In this document: positions 45,981-56,254 of the stretch, in pieces | Position numbering within the stretch: the stretch's first letter is position 1 | Layout: each line of letters opens with the position of its first letter | Source: an uncultured Gemmataceae bacterium | GTDB taxonomy: Bacteria > Planctomycetota > Planctomycetia > Gemmatales > Gemmataceae | Assembly (NCBI GenBank): GCA_963750165.1 | Contig: CAVVPN010000004.1 | Location: 832,001 to 896,000, forward strand | Reading direction: 5' to 3' | DNA length: 64,000 nt | The notes under the pieces: generated by a model | What the model saw: only the letters and a program-made list of their open reading frames with translations | Told to the model about the DNA's origin: nothing | Databases searched by the model: none | Translations under genes and position numbers: made by a program

Positions 45981-46264
45981 GGTGATCCTCAGGAAAAACC
46001 GGTTCGTCGGGCCGGACCCACGCCGACCCTTCTACAACAGGAGTCCCTGGCCGCCGCCGTCATGGGACAAAAAAAAGGCAAGTCCGGAAAAAAAAGCATC
46101 TCCAGAAAGATCGTAAAGATGAAGACGGGGCGCTCGAATTATGGGTAGAAGATTTATCCTCTAACTTTTTTGTCCCACCAACCCTCAAAAGGAGAACTCC
46201 TTCTACAACGGAACCAACTCCCCGGGTTACACCCACTTCCTTACCTCTGAAGGATACTTTCGCG

Positions 46265-46862
46265 ATGGCTGAACCGATGTCGGGTGACGCGGCGGGCGCG
46301 GAAGCGCCGCTGGACTGGGTGAAGCAAGTCCTGGCCGGACGGGAGGCCGAAGACCGGCTCGCAGCCTGGCTACGGGACAAGCTGAAGCCGCGCCGGCAAG
46401 CGTCTCGGGTACGAACCGCAAGGTGGCGCGGACGCTTCGGACGCCGCCCAGAACGGTGTCATGAAAATTTTGAATCGGCTCCACACCTTTCGCGGCACCA
46501 CCGTGGGGGAGTTGGTGAACTGGGCGGCACTGATCGTGGACAGCGAGGCGATTGACCTGTTCAACAAGGAGCGCGCCGGGCACAGACACCCGCACGCCCT
46601 GCCGGCGCACGAAAACCTTCAGGCACTCGGGGACGGCCCACAAACGGAGGCGGCCCGCGCCGACCGTGCCCGGTTCATCGCCGACTTGCTCTCGAAGATA
46701 CTGGACGAAAAGGACCGGCTAATGGTTCAATGGCATTTGACCGAAGGGTTGACGTTGAGCGAGATCGCCGAGCGTCAGGGCTGCAGCCACGCCGCGATGC
46801 TCAAGCGCTGGCAGCGTCTGCTACCGACCCTGAAACCCTATCTGGAGCGCGAACATGGCTGA
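46265..46862 (+). CDS. ECF sigma factor (frameshift near 46392)
   Basis: DASDAAQ, FRG.T.GEL..W, EGLTLSEIAERQG.S HTH; overlaps kinase start. Confidence 0.8.
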
Positions 46863-49800
46863 CGAACCGCAAACGCCCCTGGCGGGCGGTCCCGAGTCGC
46901 AGGGAACGCCGGACGACGGGGACACACCGCTGTCGCCGGCGCAACAGGAATTGTTCAGGCAACTGGATGAGCTATTGCAGGCCGGCCACGTTGCCGACGC
47001 CCGACAGTGGTGGGCGGACCACGGTGGCGACCCGAATTTGCTGTTGCTCGTTGATAGCCTCGACCGGTTTCGGCCGATTCCTCACATCCCCGGGTATGAC
47101 CTCCTGCGCGAGTTGGGGCGCGGTGGCATGGGGGTGGTGTACCTGGCGCGCGATCAAAAGTTGGACCAACTGGTAGCGTTGAAGGTCATCCTCTCTGGGC
47201 AATTCGCCAGTGACAACGCCCGGCAGCGGTTCCGATTCGAGGCGCAAAAGATGGCCGAGCTGGGGCGCCACCCCAACATCGTGCGCGTCTACCGATACGA
47301 CGAATACCAGGGTCACCCCTTCTACAGCATGGAACTGGTGGAAGGCACGACACTACAGGCCGCCTTCCTGGGGGTGCTGGCCGCCGACCAGGCGCCCACT
47401 GTCGGAGATCGGCCGCCGGCCACGCCACCGCACCCCGCCCCGCAACCGGCGGTAGCTGGGCGGATGGCAACGGTCGAGGAACAGCGGCGCGCCGCTGCAT
47501 TGCTGGCCACGCTGGCGGAGGCAGTCCAGTACGCCCACGACCACGGCATTATCCACCGCGACCTGAAACCGGCGAACGTTCTGCTGGATCGATCGGGAAC
47601 CCCTTACCTGTCCGATTTCGGCCTCGCCAAGGACCTCCAACGGAGGCAAGGGGTGACGGAGGAGGGCGCGGCTCTCGGCACCCCTCAGTACATGGCGCCC
47701 GAGCAGGCCCAGGGGAAGCAGTTGACCGTCCAGGCGGACGTTTACGGTCTGGGCGCCGTTTTCTTTTTCCTGCTCACGGGCCAGCCCCCGTTCCAGGCAG
47801 ACAGCCGGTTGTCGGTCTCCGACCAGCGGATGTCGATCCTCAACCAGCTGCGGGATTACCTCGACCCGCCCGCGCCGCGCGCACTGAACCCCCGCGTCAG
47901 CCCAGACGCGGAAGCGATTTGCCGGAAATGTCTGCAAAAGAAACCTGGTGATCGCTACCAATCCGCACGGGAGCTGGCGGAAGATCTGCGGCGGTTCATC
48001 AACGACGACCGGGTGAGAGCGCGAAAAAAATTGCCGTGGCGGGAACGGTTGACGCGGCGGGTGAAACGAATCACGGGCAAGGTGGCGCGCTGGGCGAACA
48101 GTAACCGCCTGGCAGCGGTGATTGGGGTGCTGCTGTTGGTGATCTCGGTGGTGGTTTTCGGTAACTGGTGGCACCAGGCGGCGGCCCAGGCGGAGGAGGC
48201 GACGGTCCAGGCCAACCGGATGATTCAATATCATGCCGAAGCAGACCGGGAGTATCTTAAAGCCCTCGCCTGGCTGGAAAAGGTGCGGCAGAACCCAGAG
48301 GACTGGGACAGTTATCACCTGGCCACCGCCGCGCTGGACCGTGCCATTCTGCTGCTCAAGGATCACTCCCCGGACGATGGCCTGTGCCTGCAAGCGAAGC
48401 GGCTCCGCGTCACCGTGGAGAAAAGCTATCAACAAGCCCGCGCCGCTGCCGCCGAGCGCGAGCGCACGCAGCACATGCGCGAACGGTTGACCCGCATTCG
48501 GCTGGGCCGTGGCGGTTCGGGAGCGACGGTCCAACCGCTCAACGAACACCGCAGGGCGGATGACTTTGCCCAGGCGTTCGCGGACTTCGGTATGGATCCG
48601 ATCAACCCCGGCGCGGGCGGCGTTGCGGCGGTGATCCAGCAAATACGGGACAGCAAGCTCCGTGTCGAGTTGGTGACGGCCTTGCTCGAATGGGCCACCG
48701 CCGAGCGCAAGGCCGGCGACATGGATCCCAGCCGGGTCAATCAGGTGATCCGCCGCTATTTCGTGTTGCTGGGCGTCGCAGAGCGGGCCGACGACAACAC
48801 CCCCTGGCACCGGCGCTTCTACTCTGCCTTGCGCGTCCCGGGGATTGCTTTTGCTAGCCTGGTGAAGCTCAGTGAGGAAACGGACCTCACCGCCCACTCA
48901 CCAGCGACCCTCGCGCTGGTGGGAGAGTTGGCTTCGCATAATCCGGCGCGGGCTGCCGCTTTTTTGAAGCGAGTGCAGCGGCAGTACCCGGGCGACTTCT
49001 GGGTCAACAACGTTTTGGCCGACACCCTGATGCGCGTGCCCGGGGCGAAGGATGAAGAAAAGCTGCTGTACGCCATGATCGCAGTGTCCCTGGCCCCGGA
49101 CGAACCCGTCGTCCACAACCGCGTGGGGGTGATCCATGCGAAGGCCGGGCGATTGGACGAGGCCTTGTCGGCCTTTCGGAAAGCCGCCGCCACCAACCCG
49201 CCCCTGGAAATGGCCTGGGCGAATCTGCTCCAGGCGCTGACCCTGGCCGAGCGGTGGGAGGAGGCCCGTGCCGTGGTGGCGCAGGCCAAAAAACATAAAT
49301 GGGGACAACCGGCGGTGTTGTCGAAGCTGGGAAAACTCCAGGGTATCCTGGGAGATTATGAGGGCGCCGCGCAAACCCTCCGTGAAGCAGTGGCCCTGGG
49401 AGATAATCCGTTCGATCCGGAACAAAGCCTGTCCCATCACGAGGCGAAAATCAACCTGAGCGCGACCCTGGAACAAATCGGGAAGTTCACGGAAGCGATC
49501 AGCGTGTTCGACGGCGGGAAGGCGTTGTCCAAAACCCACCTCCTCCATCTCCAGGCGAAGAAGGCATTGACCCGCCAGCAACAGCTGCTCGCCCTGGAGC
49601 CTCACCTGGACGAGTTGGTACGCGCTGCCAGGGACGGCAGGCCTGCGCGGGTCAGGCCCGCCGACGAACAACTGCACCTGCGGTTGTTGTGGTGCAAAGG
49701 CTATCACGCCTCGGTGCTTTGCATGCTGGAACGTCTGAGTCACCCGGCGACCAGCGCGAGTACCGTCGGCTTGTTGGTTCCGGCCTCGGGGCAAGGGCCG

Positions 49801-50187
49801 ATGTTCGCGGCTTACACCCTGGTCCCCAGAAGGACTCAGCTATCTGCCTGGGAAGTGCCCGCCAACCTGCGCCAGTCTGTGTCCTGGGTCGCCATTCAGG
49901 CCGGCTGCGGTCAGTGTCCGGATGCGGGACCGTACGGCCGCGACCAGCGCGCCCGCTGGCGTAAACTGGCCCTGGACCTGCTCCGCGCCGACCTGCAGGA
50001 GCTTGCAGCCCGGCGTAAGCACAATCCTGGGAAAGCGCTGTCGGAGTTCCGGGGGGCCTTGTCACTCTGGCGGGACCACCCCGCCATGTCGGCGGCGCGC
50101 GGCCAGTCCCTGGAGCGCTTGCCGGAGGCCGAGCGCGCTGCCTGGCGCCAAACCTGGGACGAGTTGGAAGCCCTTCTCAAACTCTGA
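46855..50187 (+). CDS. Ser/Thr protein kinase with TM segment and TPR repeats
   Basis: LGRGGMG, ALK, HRDLKPAN, DFG, GTPQYMAPE; TPR helices. Confidence 0.93.
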   Translation: MADEPQTPLAGGPESQGTPDDGDTPLSPAQQELFRQLDELLQAGHVADARQWWADHGGDPNLLLLVDSLDRFRPIPHIPGYDLLRELGRGGMGVVYLARDQKLDQLVALKVILSGQFASDNARQRFRFEAQKMAELGRHPNIVRVYRYDEYQGHPFYSMELVEGTTLQAAFLGVLAADQAPTVGDRPPATPPHPAPQPAVAGRMATVEEQRRAAALLATLAEAVQYAHDHGIIHRDLKPANVLLDRSGTPYLSDFGLAKDLQRRQGVTEEGAALGTPQYMAPEQAQGKQLTVQADVYGLGAVFFFLLTGQPPFQADSRLSVSDQRMSILNQLRDYLDPPAPRALNPRVSPDAEAICRKCLQKKPGDRYQSARELAEDLRRFINDDRVRARKKLPWRERLTRRVKRITGKVARWANSNRLAAVIGVLLLVISVVVFGNWWHQAAAQAEEATVQANRMIQYHAEADREYLKALAWLEKVRQNPEDWDSYHLATAALDRAILLLKDHSPDDGLCLQAKRLRVTVEKSYQQARAAAAERERTQHMRERLTRIRLGRGGSGATVQPLNEHRRADDFAQAFADFGMDPINPGAGGVAAVIQQIRDSKLRVELVTALLEWATAERKAGDMDPSRVNQVIRRYFVLLGVAERADDNTPWHRRFYSALRVPGIAFASLVKLSEETDLTAHSPATLALVGELASHNPARAAAFLKRVQRQYPGDFWVNNVLADTLMRVPGAKDEEKLLYAMIAVSLAPDEPVVHNRVGVIHAKAGRLDEALSAFRKAAATNPPLEMAWANLLQALTLAERWEEARAVVAQAKKHKWGQPAVLSKLGKLQGILGDYEGAAQTLREAVALGDNPFDPEQSLSHHEAKINLSATLEQIGKFTEAISVFDGGKALSKTHLLHLQAKKALTRQQQLLALEPHLDELVRAARDGRPARVRPADEQLHLRLLWCKGYHASVLCMLERLSHPATSASTVGLLVPASGQGPMFAAYTLVPRRTQLSAWEVPANLRQSVSWVAIQAGCGQCPDAGPYGRDQRARWRKLALDLLRADLQELAARRKHNPGKALSEFRGALSLWRDHPAMSAARGQSLERLPEAERAAWRQTWDELEALLKL

Positions 50188-50193
50188 AGGATG

Positions 50194-50805
50194 CTACGGA
50201 GTTGACCGCGGGGCCGTCAGCACATCCAGGACGGCGCTGAGGCCCTGGTCGTCGGCCAGGGCGCGCATCTTCGACAGATCCAGGAACTGCGTGCGAACGT
50301 GGTTCACCAGACGCACGTCATGCGGGTCGCCGCCGTGGACGCGGACGTAGGCCAGCACCATGACCGCGGTCTTGAGCACGTTGGCGCGGACGCGGCGCGT
50401 CTGCGGGGCGTAGCGGGCCGGGTGGACGTGGACGTAACGGTCGTGCTCACCCCCGCAGCGCAGCACCCAGCGCGAGTCGTCCGCCGGCAGCGTCACCACC
50501 TGATAACCGCCGCCCTCCGCCACCCAGGCCCGAAACGCCGGCAGCTCCAGCCGCCCCGCCCCGCGCAACTCCGCCAGCACGCGCGTGCCGATCTCCACTG
50601 GTGTCAGGGCGCCGACGTACAGGTCCATCAGTTCGCTGCCGATGACCGCCAGCTGCGCCGCCAGGTTCGGCAGCGCCGCCGCATCGGCGTCGGCGACGCG
50701 CTGGCGCAGGTCGCCGGCGTGGTGCTTCCAGGTGTTGAACAGCGCGGGCGGCGGCACCTCGTTGTGCAGATGCCGGCCCAGGGGGGTGTCGCTGATGGCG
50801 TTCAT
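50194..50805 (-). CDS. Hypothetical protein
   Basis: 203 aa ORF with WKHH, DLY.G and YVHVHPARY motifs. Confidence 0.7.
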   Translation of the reverse strand: MNAISDTPLGRHLHNEVPPPALFNTWKHHAGDLRQRVADADAAALPNLAAQLAVIGSELMDLYVGALTPVEIGTRVLAELRGAGRLELPAFRAWVAEGGGYQVVTLPADDSRWVLRCGGEHDRYVHVHPARYAPQTRRVRANVLKTAVMVLAYVRVHGGDPHDVRLVNHVRTQFLDLSKMRALADDQGLSAVLDVLTAPRSTP

Positions 50806-50926
50806 TACGGTTGTGTCTCCACAAGGGGTTGTGAGTGACCGCGGGAAAGACAGGCGCCGGCCGCGAAAAGTTCACCCGCCCTTGCTATACTGGCACGAAA
50901 ACCAACTCCGGAAGAGGAAGCGTCCG

Positions 50927-51460
50927 ATGCCGTTGAACATTGCACAACTCGGTCAACCCGCGCTGCGGAAGGTCGCGCGTGCAGTGACCGTTGAGGAAAT
51001 CCGCACCCCCGAGTTCCAGGGCCACATTGATGCCATGTTGGAGACGCTGACGGCGGCACACGGAGCGGGCCTGGCGGCGCCACAGGTGTTCGACGACCGC
51101 CGGCTGTTCCTGGCCCTGGCGCTGCCGCCGGCGCCGAACCGCGAACTGCCCGGCGTGGAGGTGTTCATCAACCCGGTTGTGACGCCGCTGAGCCCGGAGC
51201 GGGAGTCGGCCTGGGAGGGCTGCCTGAGCTTCATGGAACTGCTGGTGCTGGTGTCACGCTGGCAACACGTGCGCATCGATTACCTCGACCGCCACGGCAC
51301 GCCGAAGGCGCTGGAACTGTGCCAGTTCCCGGCACGCGTGGTGCAGCACGAACTGGATCACCTCGACGGCGTGCTGACCCTTGATCGGGCGGAGAGCACG
51401 CGGGACATCATCAAGGCGTCGGAGATCGAGGCGGTGCTGCGGGAGCGCGAGGAGGCGTGA
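50927..51460 (+). CDS. def: Peptide deformylase
   Basis: GAGLAAPQV, EGCLS, QHELDHLDG. Confidence 0.95.
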   Translation: MPLNIAQLGQPALRKVARAVTVEEIRTPEFQGHIDAMLETLTAAHGAGLAAPQVFDDRRLFLALALPPAPNRELPGVEVFINPVVTPLSPERESAWEGCLSFMELLVLVSRWQHVRIDYLDRHGTPKALELCQFPARVVQHELDHLDGVLTLDRAESTRDIIKASEIEAVLREREEA

Positions 51461-51467
51461 CCGTCTT

Positions 51468-51520
51468 CTTTCTGCCGCTGGCGGCGTAGCGGGGAGCGCC
51501 CTGCTGCCAGCGGCAGAAAG
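51468..51520. terminator. REP-derived hairpin between convergent genes
   Basis: CTTTCTGCCGCTGGC ... GCCAGCGGCAGAAAG. Confidence 0.65.
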
Positions 51521-51524
51521 GCCG

Positions 51525-53237
51525 TCACAGCGCCGAGGCTGACGACACGTTCGTGGTGCGCTCGGACAGTTCCGGATGCGCCGGCAGGTCAGCGTGGTCG
51601 TGCCGGCGCCACCACGCGGCGGCGTCGCGTTTGTTCCAGTCGTCGGCGCAGGCACAGGTGGCCAGTGCCTGCTCCAGAGTGTCCGCGTCCTGGAAGCGGT
51701 CGTCGGGGTTCTTGGCCAGACAGCGCTGCACGACGGCCTGCAGATCCTCGGGCAGGTCGGGCCGCAGGTCGGCCAGCGCCGGCGGCGTGTCATGGACGTG
51801 GGCCACCAGCGTCGCCATTGGCGTGTCGCGCTCGAACGGCGGTCGGCCCGTCAGCAGGAAGAATGCCAGGCCGCCCAGGCTGTAGATGTCCGTGCGCGCG
51901 TCCAGATGATCCTTGCCGACCGCCTGCTCCGGCGACATGTACGACGGCGAGCCCAGAATCGTCCCCTGCATCGTCAACTTGTCCGCGCCGCTGTTCAGGC
52001 CGACGCGCTGCACCAGGCCGAAGTCGAGCAACTTGGCCGTGTCGTAGATGCAGCCGCGCACGCTGGCGATGACGTTGCTCGGCTTGATGTCGCGATGGAT
52101 CAGCCCAATCGAGTGCGCCTCGCCCAGCGCCCCGCACAACTGCCGCAAAAAGTACACCGCCCGCCCCGGCGTCAGCGGGCCGTAGGTCTCCACCAAGTCC
52201 TGCAAACTCAGGCCCGGCAGATATTCCATCACATAGTAAAAGGTGCCGTCCGCAGCGTTGCCATAGTCGAAGATTTCGACGGTGTTGGGGTGCGTCAGCG
52301 TTGCCATCGCCCGCACCTCACGTTCAAAGCGATTGAGGTTGGTCCGCTCGCCGGCCTGATCGCTGCGGATCAACTTGATGGCGCAGCGCCGCCGCAGCAG
52401 CACGTGCTCGGCCAGGTACACCTCGCCCATGCCGCCGGCGCCCAGCTTTTCCTTGAGACGGTACTGCCCCAGTTGCCGGGCCGCCTGCGCCTCCTGCTCC
52501 AGCACGCTGATCTTGTACGAGCCGAAGATGGCGATGGCGGCCGCGATCGACAAAATGGTGGTCATGTCGAAGAGGGTTTGCGATGTGAAGCGGCCCAGGT
52601 AGGGACAGGCGGTACACGCCGTCGCGGTCAGCACAATAGGCGCGATCACCAGGAAGGCCACGACCGCGGCGCAGCGCCGCCAGGTATTGGGAATGAAGGT
52701 GCCGTAGACGACGATGAGCATGAACCAGCGGAAGGTGTGGCTGGAGGCGGCCAGGCGCATCACCGCCTCGTAACTTTTGGGCTCGAGGGGGTTGGCCAGC
52801 TCAGTGATGCGGCTGTTGTTGAAGACGACGAACTGCAGCCAGGCGAAGAACACGCCGATGGCGCCGAACAGGACCACTTCCAGGACGCGCAGCATCCCTA
52901 CCGTCAGCCGCAGGTGGCTCCACAGCAGCGTCGCCACCAACACCAGGACGGCCGTGACCAGGCAGTGGACGGCCAGATCGAGCGGTCGGGCGTAGTGGTT
53001 GCTCTCGACGAGGAGGTTGCGGAACAGGAAGGCGGCGCAGCCGCACAGGAAGATGAGCGTGGCGATGCGCAGCCGGCGCCGCAGCAAGTCGCTCAGGTCG
53101 GTGGTGAGACTCTGCACCGACGAGCCCACCAGCACCACCGGCCGGACCCGCGAGACGGCGGACGCGGTCGGTGGCTGGTCAATGGTCGCGGCGGTCGATT
53201 CCCGGAATAGCTGAATCAGCGCGTTCGGCTTGCTCAT
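51525..53237 (-). CDS. Membrane-bound Ser/Thr protein kinase
   Basis: About six N-terminal TM helices; LGAGGMG, HRDIKPSN, DFG, YMSPE. Confidence 0.93.
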   Translation of the reverse strand: MSKPNALIQLFRESTAATIDQPPTASAVSRVRPVVLVGSSVQSLTTDLSDLLRRRLRIATLIFLCGCAAFLFRNLLVESNHYARPLDLAVHCLVTAVLVLVATLLWSHLRLTVGMLRVLEVVLFGAIGVFFAWLQFVVFNNSRITELANPLEPKSYEAVMRLAASSHTFRWFMLIVVYGTFIPNTWRRCAAVVAFLVIAPIVLTATACTACPYLGRFTSQTLFDMTTILSIAAAIAIFGSYKISVLEQEAQAARQLGQYRLKEKLGAGGMGEVYLAEHVLLRRRCAIKLIRSDQAGERTNLNRFEREVRAMATLTHPNTVEIFDYGNAADGTFYYVMEYLPGLSLQDLVETYGPLTPGRAVYFLRQLCGALGEAHSIGLIHRDIKPSNVIASVRGCIYDTAKLLDFGLVQRVGLNSGADKLTMQGTILGSPSYMSPEQAVGKDHLDARTDIYSLGGLAFFLLTGRPPFERDTPMATLVAHVHDTPPALADLRPDLPEDLQAVVQRCLAKNPDDRFQDADTLEQALATCACADDWNKRDAAAWWRRHDHADLPAHPELSERTTNVSSASAL

Positions 53238-53353
53238 GTCGGCCCCTTGAAGCCTGGAGTCCACGGCAACGACGCACCTCCTTGCGCCGCCGTACCCTCA
53301 TCATATACGCAAACGCCCTTCCAGTGCGAGACGGGCTTTCCTTGGTGGCCCCC

Positions 53354-53421
53354 GTAGCTGAACTCGTGAGAGTTCAGACCCCCTTCAAGATTCCGTCCGA
53401 AGTCTCACGACTTCGGCGACA
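53354..53421. repeat. REP-like palindrome
   Basis: GTAGCTGAACTCGTGAGAGTTCAG ... CCGAAGTCTCACGACTTCGGCGAC. Confidence 0.65.
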
Positions 53422-54335
53422 TCAGCCGCGCAGGCCTGGTCCGCCGCGCACGCCGGCAACGGCGTCAGAAAGCGAAAGACCAGTTCCGCGACCACTTCGG
53501 GGTGGCTCAAGATCGGCCAGTGGCCGGCATTGCGCAGCTCGACGCGCGTGGCGTGCGGCAGGCCCGCCAGCAGCACCTCCTCGCAGGCGCGGTTGACGAG
53601 CGGGTCCAGGTCGCCGCACAGGACCAGCACGGGCTGGCGGATGTGTGGCAGCAGGGGCCGCAGATCAGTGCGGTGCAGCACGAGGGCGCGGCGGGCGACG
53701 GCGGCGATGGGCGGCGACCCCAGGCGTTCAATGAAGTAATCCCAGACATCCGGTGGCCGGTCGGCAAAGGAGGCGTGGTGGGAATGGTGCAGCAGGCGGT
53801 CGCGCCAGGGCAGTTTGCGCATGGCTCCCGGCCAGTAACGAGCCAGGCGGCAGAGCAGTTGTTCCGCCAGGGCCAGTGAGCGCTGGGCAAAGCCGCCCTG
53901 CACGATGGCGCGCGGCAGTCGCTGCGGCTGCCGGGCCAGCGCGGCCAGCACGATGGTCGAGCCGAACGACAGGCCATAGAGAAAACTTTGTCGCGCCCCA
54001 ACGTGGTCGAGCAGGGCGAGGAGGTCGTCCACGTAATTGGCGTGGCGGTACTGGCCGAGGCGGGCGCCGTCGCCGCGACCGCTGGGCAGGTCATAGGCGA
54101 CGCAGCGGAAGTGGTGGCGGAGGTAATACGCGAGCAACACAAAGGAGCGGGCGTCGTCGGACAGACCGGGGACGAAGGCGAGCGTCGGACCGTCACCCCA
54201 GGTGTAGAAGGGGCAGCGGTAGCGGCCGGTATCGCAGACGCCCCAGTGGGCCTCGCGCTCGAAGCGGGCCAGGGCCTCGGCGAGCGCGACCGGGGCGGGC
54301 GCAATGGAAGGCAGGGGGCGGTCGGCAATGCTCAT
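53385..54335 (-). CDS. Alpha/beta hydrolase
   Basis: GLSFGS nucleophile elbow, GDLD, AGHWP. Confidence 0.88.
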   Translation of the reverse strand: MSIADRPLPSIAPAPVALAEALARFEREAHWGVCDTGRYRCPFYTWGDGPTLAFVPGLSDDARSFVLLAYYLRHHFRCVAYDLPSGRGDGARLGQYRHANYVDDLLALLDHVGARQSFLYGLSFGSTIVLAALARQPQRLPRAIVQGGFAQRSLALAEQLLCRLARYWPGAMRKLPWRDRLLHHSHHASFADRPPDVWDYFIERLGSPPIAAVARRALVLHRTDLRPLLPHIRQPVLVLCGDLDPLVNRACEEVLLAGLPHATRVELRNAGHWPILSHPEVVAELVFRFLTPLPACAADQACAADVAEVVRLRTES

Positions 54336-54462
54336 GGAAGCATCCTCCTGTTCTATCATCAGTATACAAGGACAGGCAAACCGCTTTGACGGCCGCGCCG
54401 CATCCGGCTACATTGGCGCTGGCTGGACTGAGTGGGAATCGCGGATGGGCAAAGGAGCGATC

Positions 54463-55026
54463 ATGTTGCGCAAGCGCTGCCTGCTGCTGGTGCTGGTCGT
54501 GGTCGGCGTCGTGGGTTGCGGCGGGCAAAGTTCCCCGGATGTGGAGCCGCAGAACGCCAATCAACAACCCAAAGCCGCCGACCGCAAGCGCACCGACCAC
54601 CCCCGGACGGATGGCAAGCCCAGGGTGGAACTGGTCAAGGTGTTTTTCCTGAGACGAGGGCTCCCGCGCCAGCCCATCAAAAGTGTGTTCATCAAGGGCG
54701 ACCTGCCGGTAAAAGACAAGGCGACCGGTCACCAGTTCAAGAACATTCATGCCGTGGAAGGCACGGCGCCGAAGGCGGGCACGTATTTCCTGCTCGCCCA
54801 CCTGACCTTGATGCCAGGAAGTGTTCGGGAGATCGAAGAGGACCTGAGCGACCCCACACGGGGGCCGTTCTTCGACCGCAAACTGCCGACCGGCACCAAA
54901 CTGGCCAACGTCGTCTGGATGGGTACCTGCAAGGCGGATGTGCAGGGCTGGACCGAGGACGAGGCGAACGCCTTGCAAAAGGGGCGTCAGTTCCAGGTGT
55001 ACGAGGCGAGTTACGAGAAGCGCTGA
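54463..55026 (+). CDS. Hypothetical lipoprotein
   Basis: Lipobox VVG-C, AAGGAG RBS. Confidence 0.7.
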   Translation: MLRKRCLLLVLVVVGVVGCGGQSSPDVEPQNANQQPKAADRKRTDHPRTDGKPRVELVKVFFLRRGLPRQPIKSVFIKGDLPVKDKATGHQFKNIHAVEGTAPKAGTYFLLAHLTLMPGSVREIEEDLSDPTRGPFFDRKLPTGTKLANVVWMGTCKADVQGWTEDEANALQKGRQFQVYEASYEKR

Positions 55027-55255
55027 AGGGATCGCTGGCTTCGATTACGTTTCGCGACCCGCCGCCCAATTGTCGGAGGTAATCATGGCGGTTGAAGTTA
55101 CTTATCCGCACCTCGACAAGGTAGCAGGCGGCTGATCGAAACAGCGCGGGAAAATTCCACCCCAACACCGTTTGAGTTGCGCATGCGAGCGCAAGGGGTG
55201 CTGCCGCGCCGTACCTGACCGATTCAAAGGTGCGGGTGCGTCCGCGCTCGCCTGC

Positions 55256-56035
55256 TCACTTTCCTGCGCTGCCAAGCACTCCCCTGGCCTTCCACCTCAC
55301 GTCTCCGGACCAGCCGTTCCGGTCCTTCGCGATGTTCTTCCATTTGAAGCCCGTCGCGGTGCATTCGACGATCACCGTGTCGCGGTGGTTGTTGCCGCCC
55401 GACAGCACGACGCTCGGGGCAGACGCATAGGGGATCGGGAAATGCACGACGGCCCCCTGGCCGATCTGGCTGTAGAACTCGTCCGCTTGCTCGAACACCT
55501 TCGGCGGCAGCGCGGACGGCGGCGCCCGCAGGCCACTGGCCTCCCAGGTAAAGCCCTCGAAGACCAGGTCGGGCTTCAGAGTGCCTCGGAGCGCGGCGAG
55601 CCCGGCGTCGTTGCCGAGCAGTTTTTCCAGCGGGATGGCGTCTTTCGTCGCGTCCGCGCGGTAGTCGTCGGGACGCAGGCGGGCGACCCAGGTGAACCCG
55701 TTTTCCGTCTCCGCGACCACGTCGTAATGCCGTTTACCCGTGATGAACTTCAGGTGCGGCTTCATCAGGTAGGGGTTGGCGTAATGGACGGTGCCCGTGT
55801 AGGCCGGGCCGGGTGAAATCATGTCCTTCTGAACGAGCGGGGCCTCGGCCACCACCACCTGGAGGGCGTTCCCGGACTTGCCGTTGTCGTCCGTCACCAC
55901 GACGCGGATGGCGCCCAGTTCGCCGGCGTTCGGGCGGATGACGTACAGGAAACCGAACCCCAGGGCAAGGGTGGTGGCGACCGCGAGCAAGACGGGTAGC
56001 ACCCAGCCGGCGCGGGCGGGCACGGGATCGGGCAT
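55256..56035 (-). CDS. Membrane-anchored hypothetical protein with two beta-rich repeats
   Basis: AAAGGAGG RBS; VHY..PY...P..GFTW and VHF..PY...P..GFKW. Confidence 0.7.
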   Translation of the reverse strand: MPDPVPARAGWVLPVLLAVATTLALGFGFLYVIRPNAGELGAIRVVVTDDNGKSGNALQVVVAEAPLVQKDMISPGPAYTGTVHYANPYLMKPHLKFITGKRHYDVVAETENGFTWVARLRPDDYRADATKDAIPLEKLLGNDAGLAALRGTLKPDLVFEGFTWEASGLRAPPSALPPKVFEQADEFYSQIGQGAVVHFPIPYASAPSVVLSGGNNHRDTVIVECTATGFKWKNIAKDRNGWSGDVRWKARGVLGSAGK

Positions 56036-56254
56036 GAGGCGCCTCCTTTAGCCGCCGACACGGTGCGATCCGCCGGCGCACCGGTCGGCGGCACAAAGCG
56101 AGCGGTCACGGCCAACAGGGAGTGTAGGGCGATGACCTCTCCCCCGTCAATAGGCGAAGTCGGCGCCTCAGGGCCGTTCGCTGTTTCAAGGTTGGGGGAA
56201 GTGGGGCAGGCTTTCCAGCTTGCCGAGGTGCTACGGCAGGTGCCGCGCGTGCCG

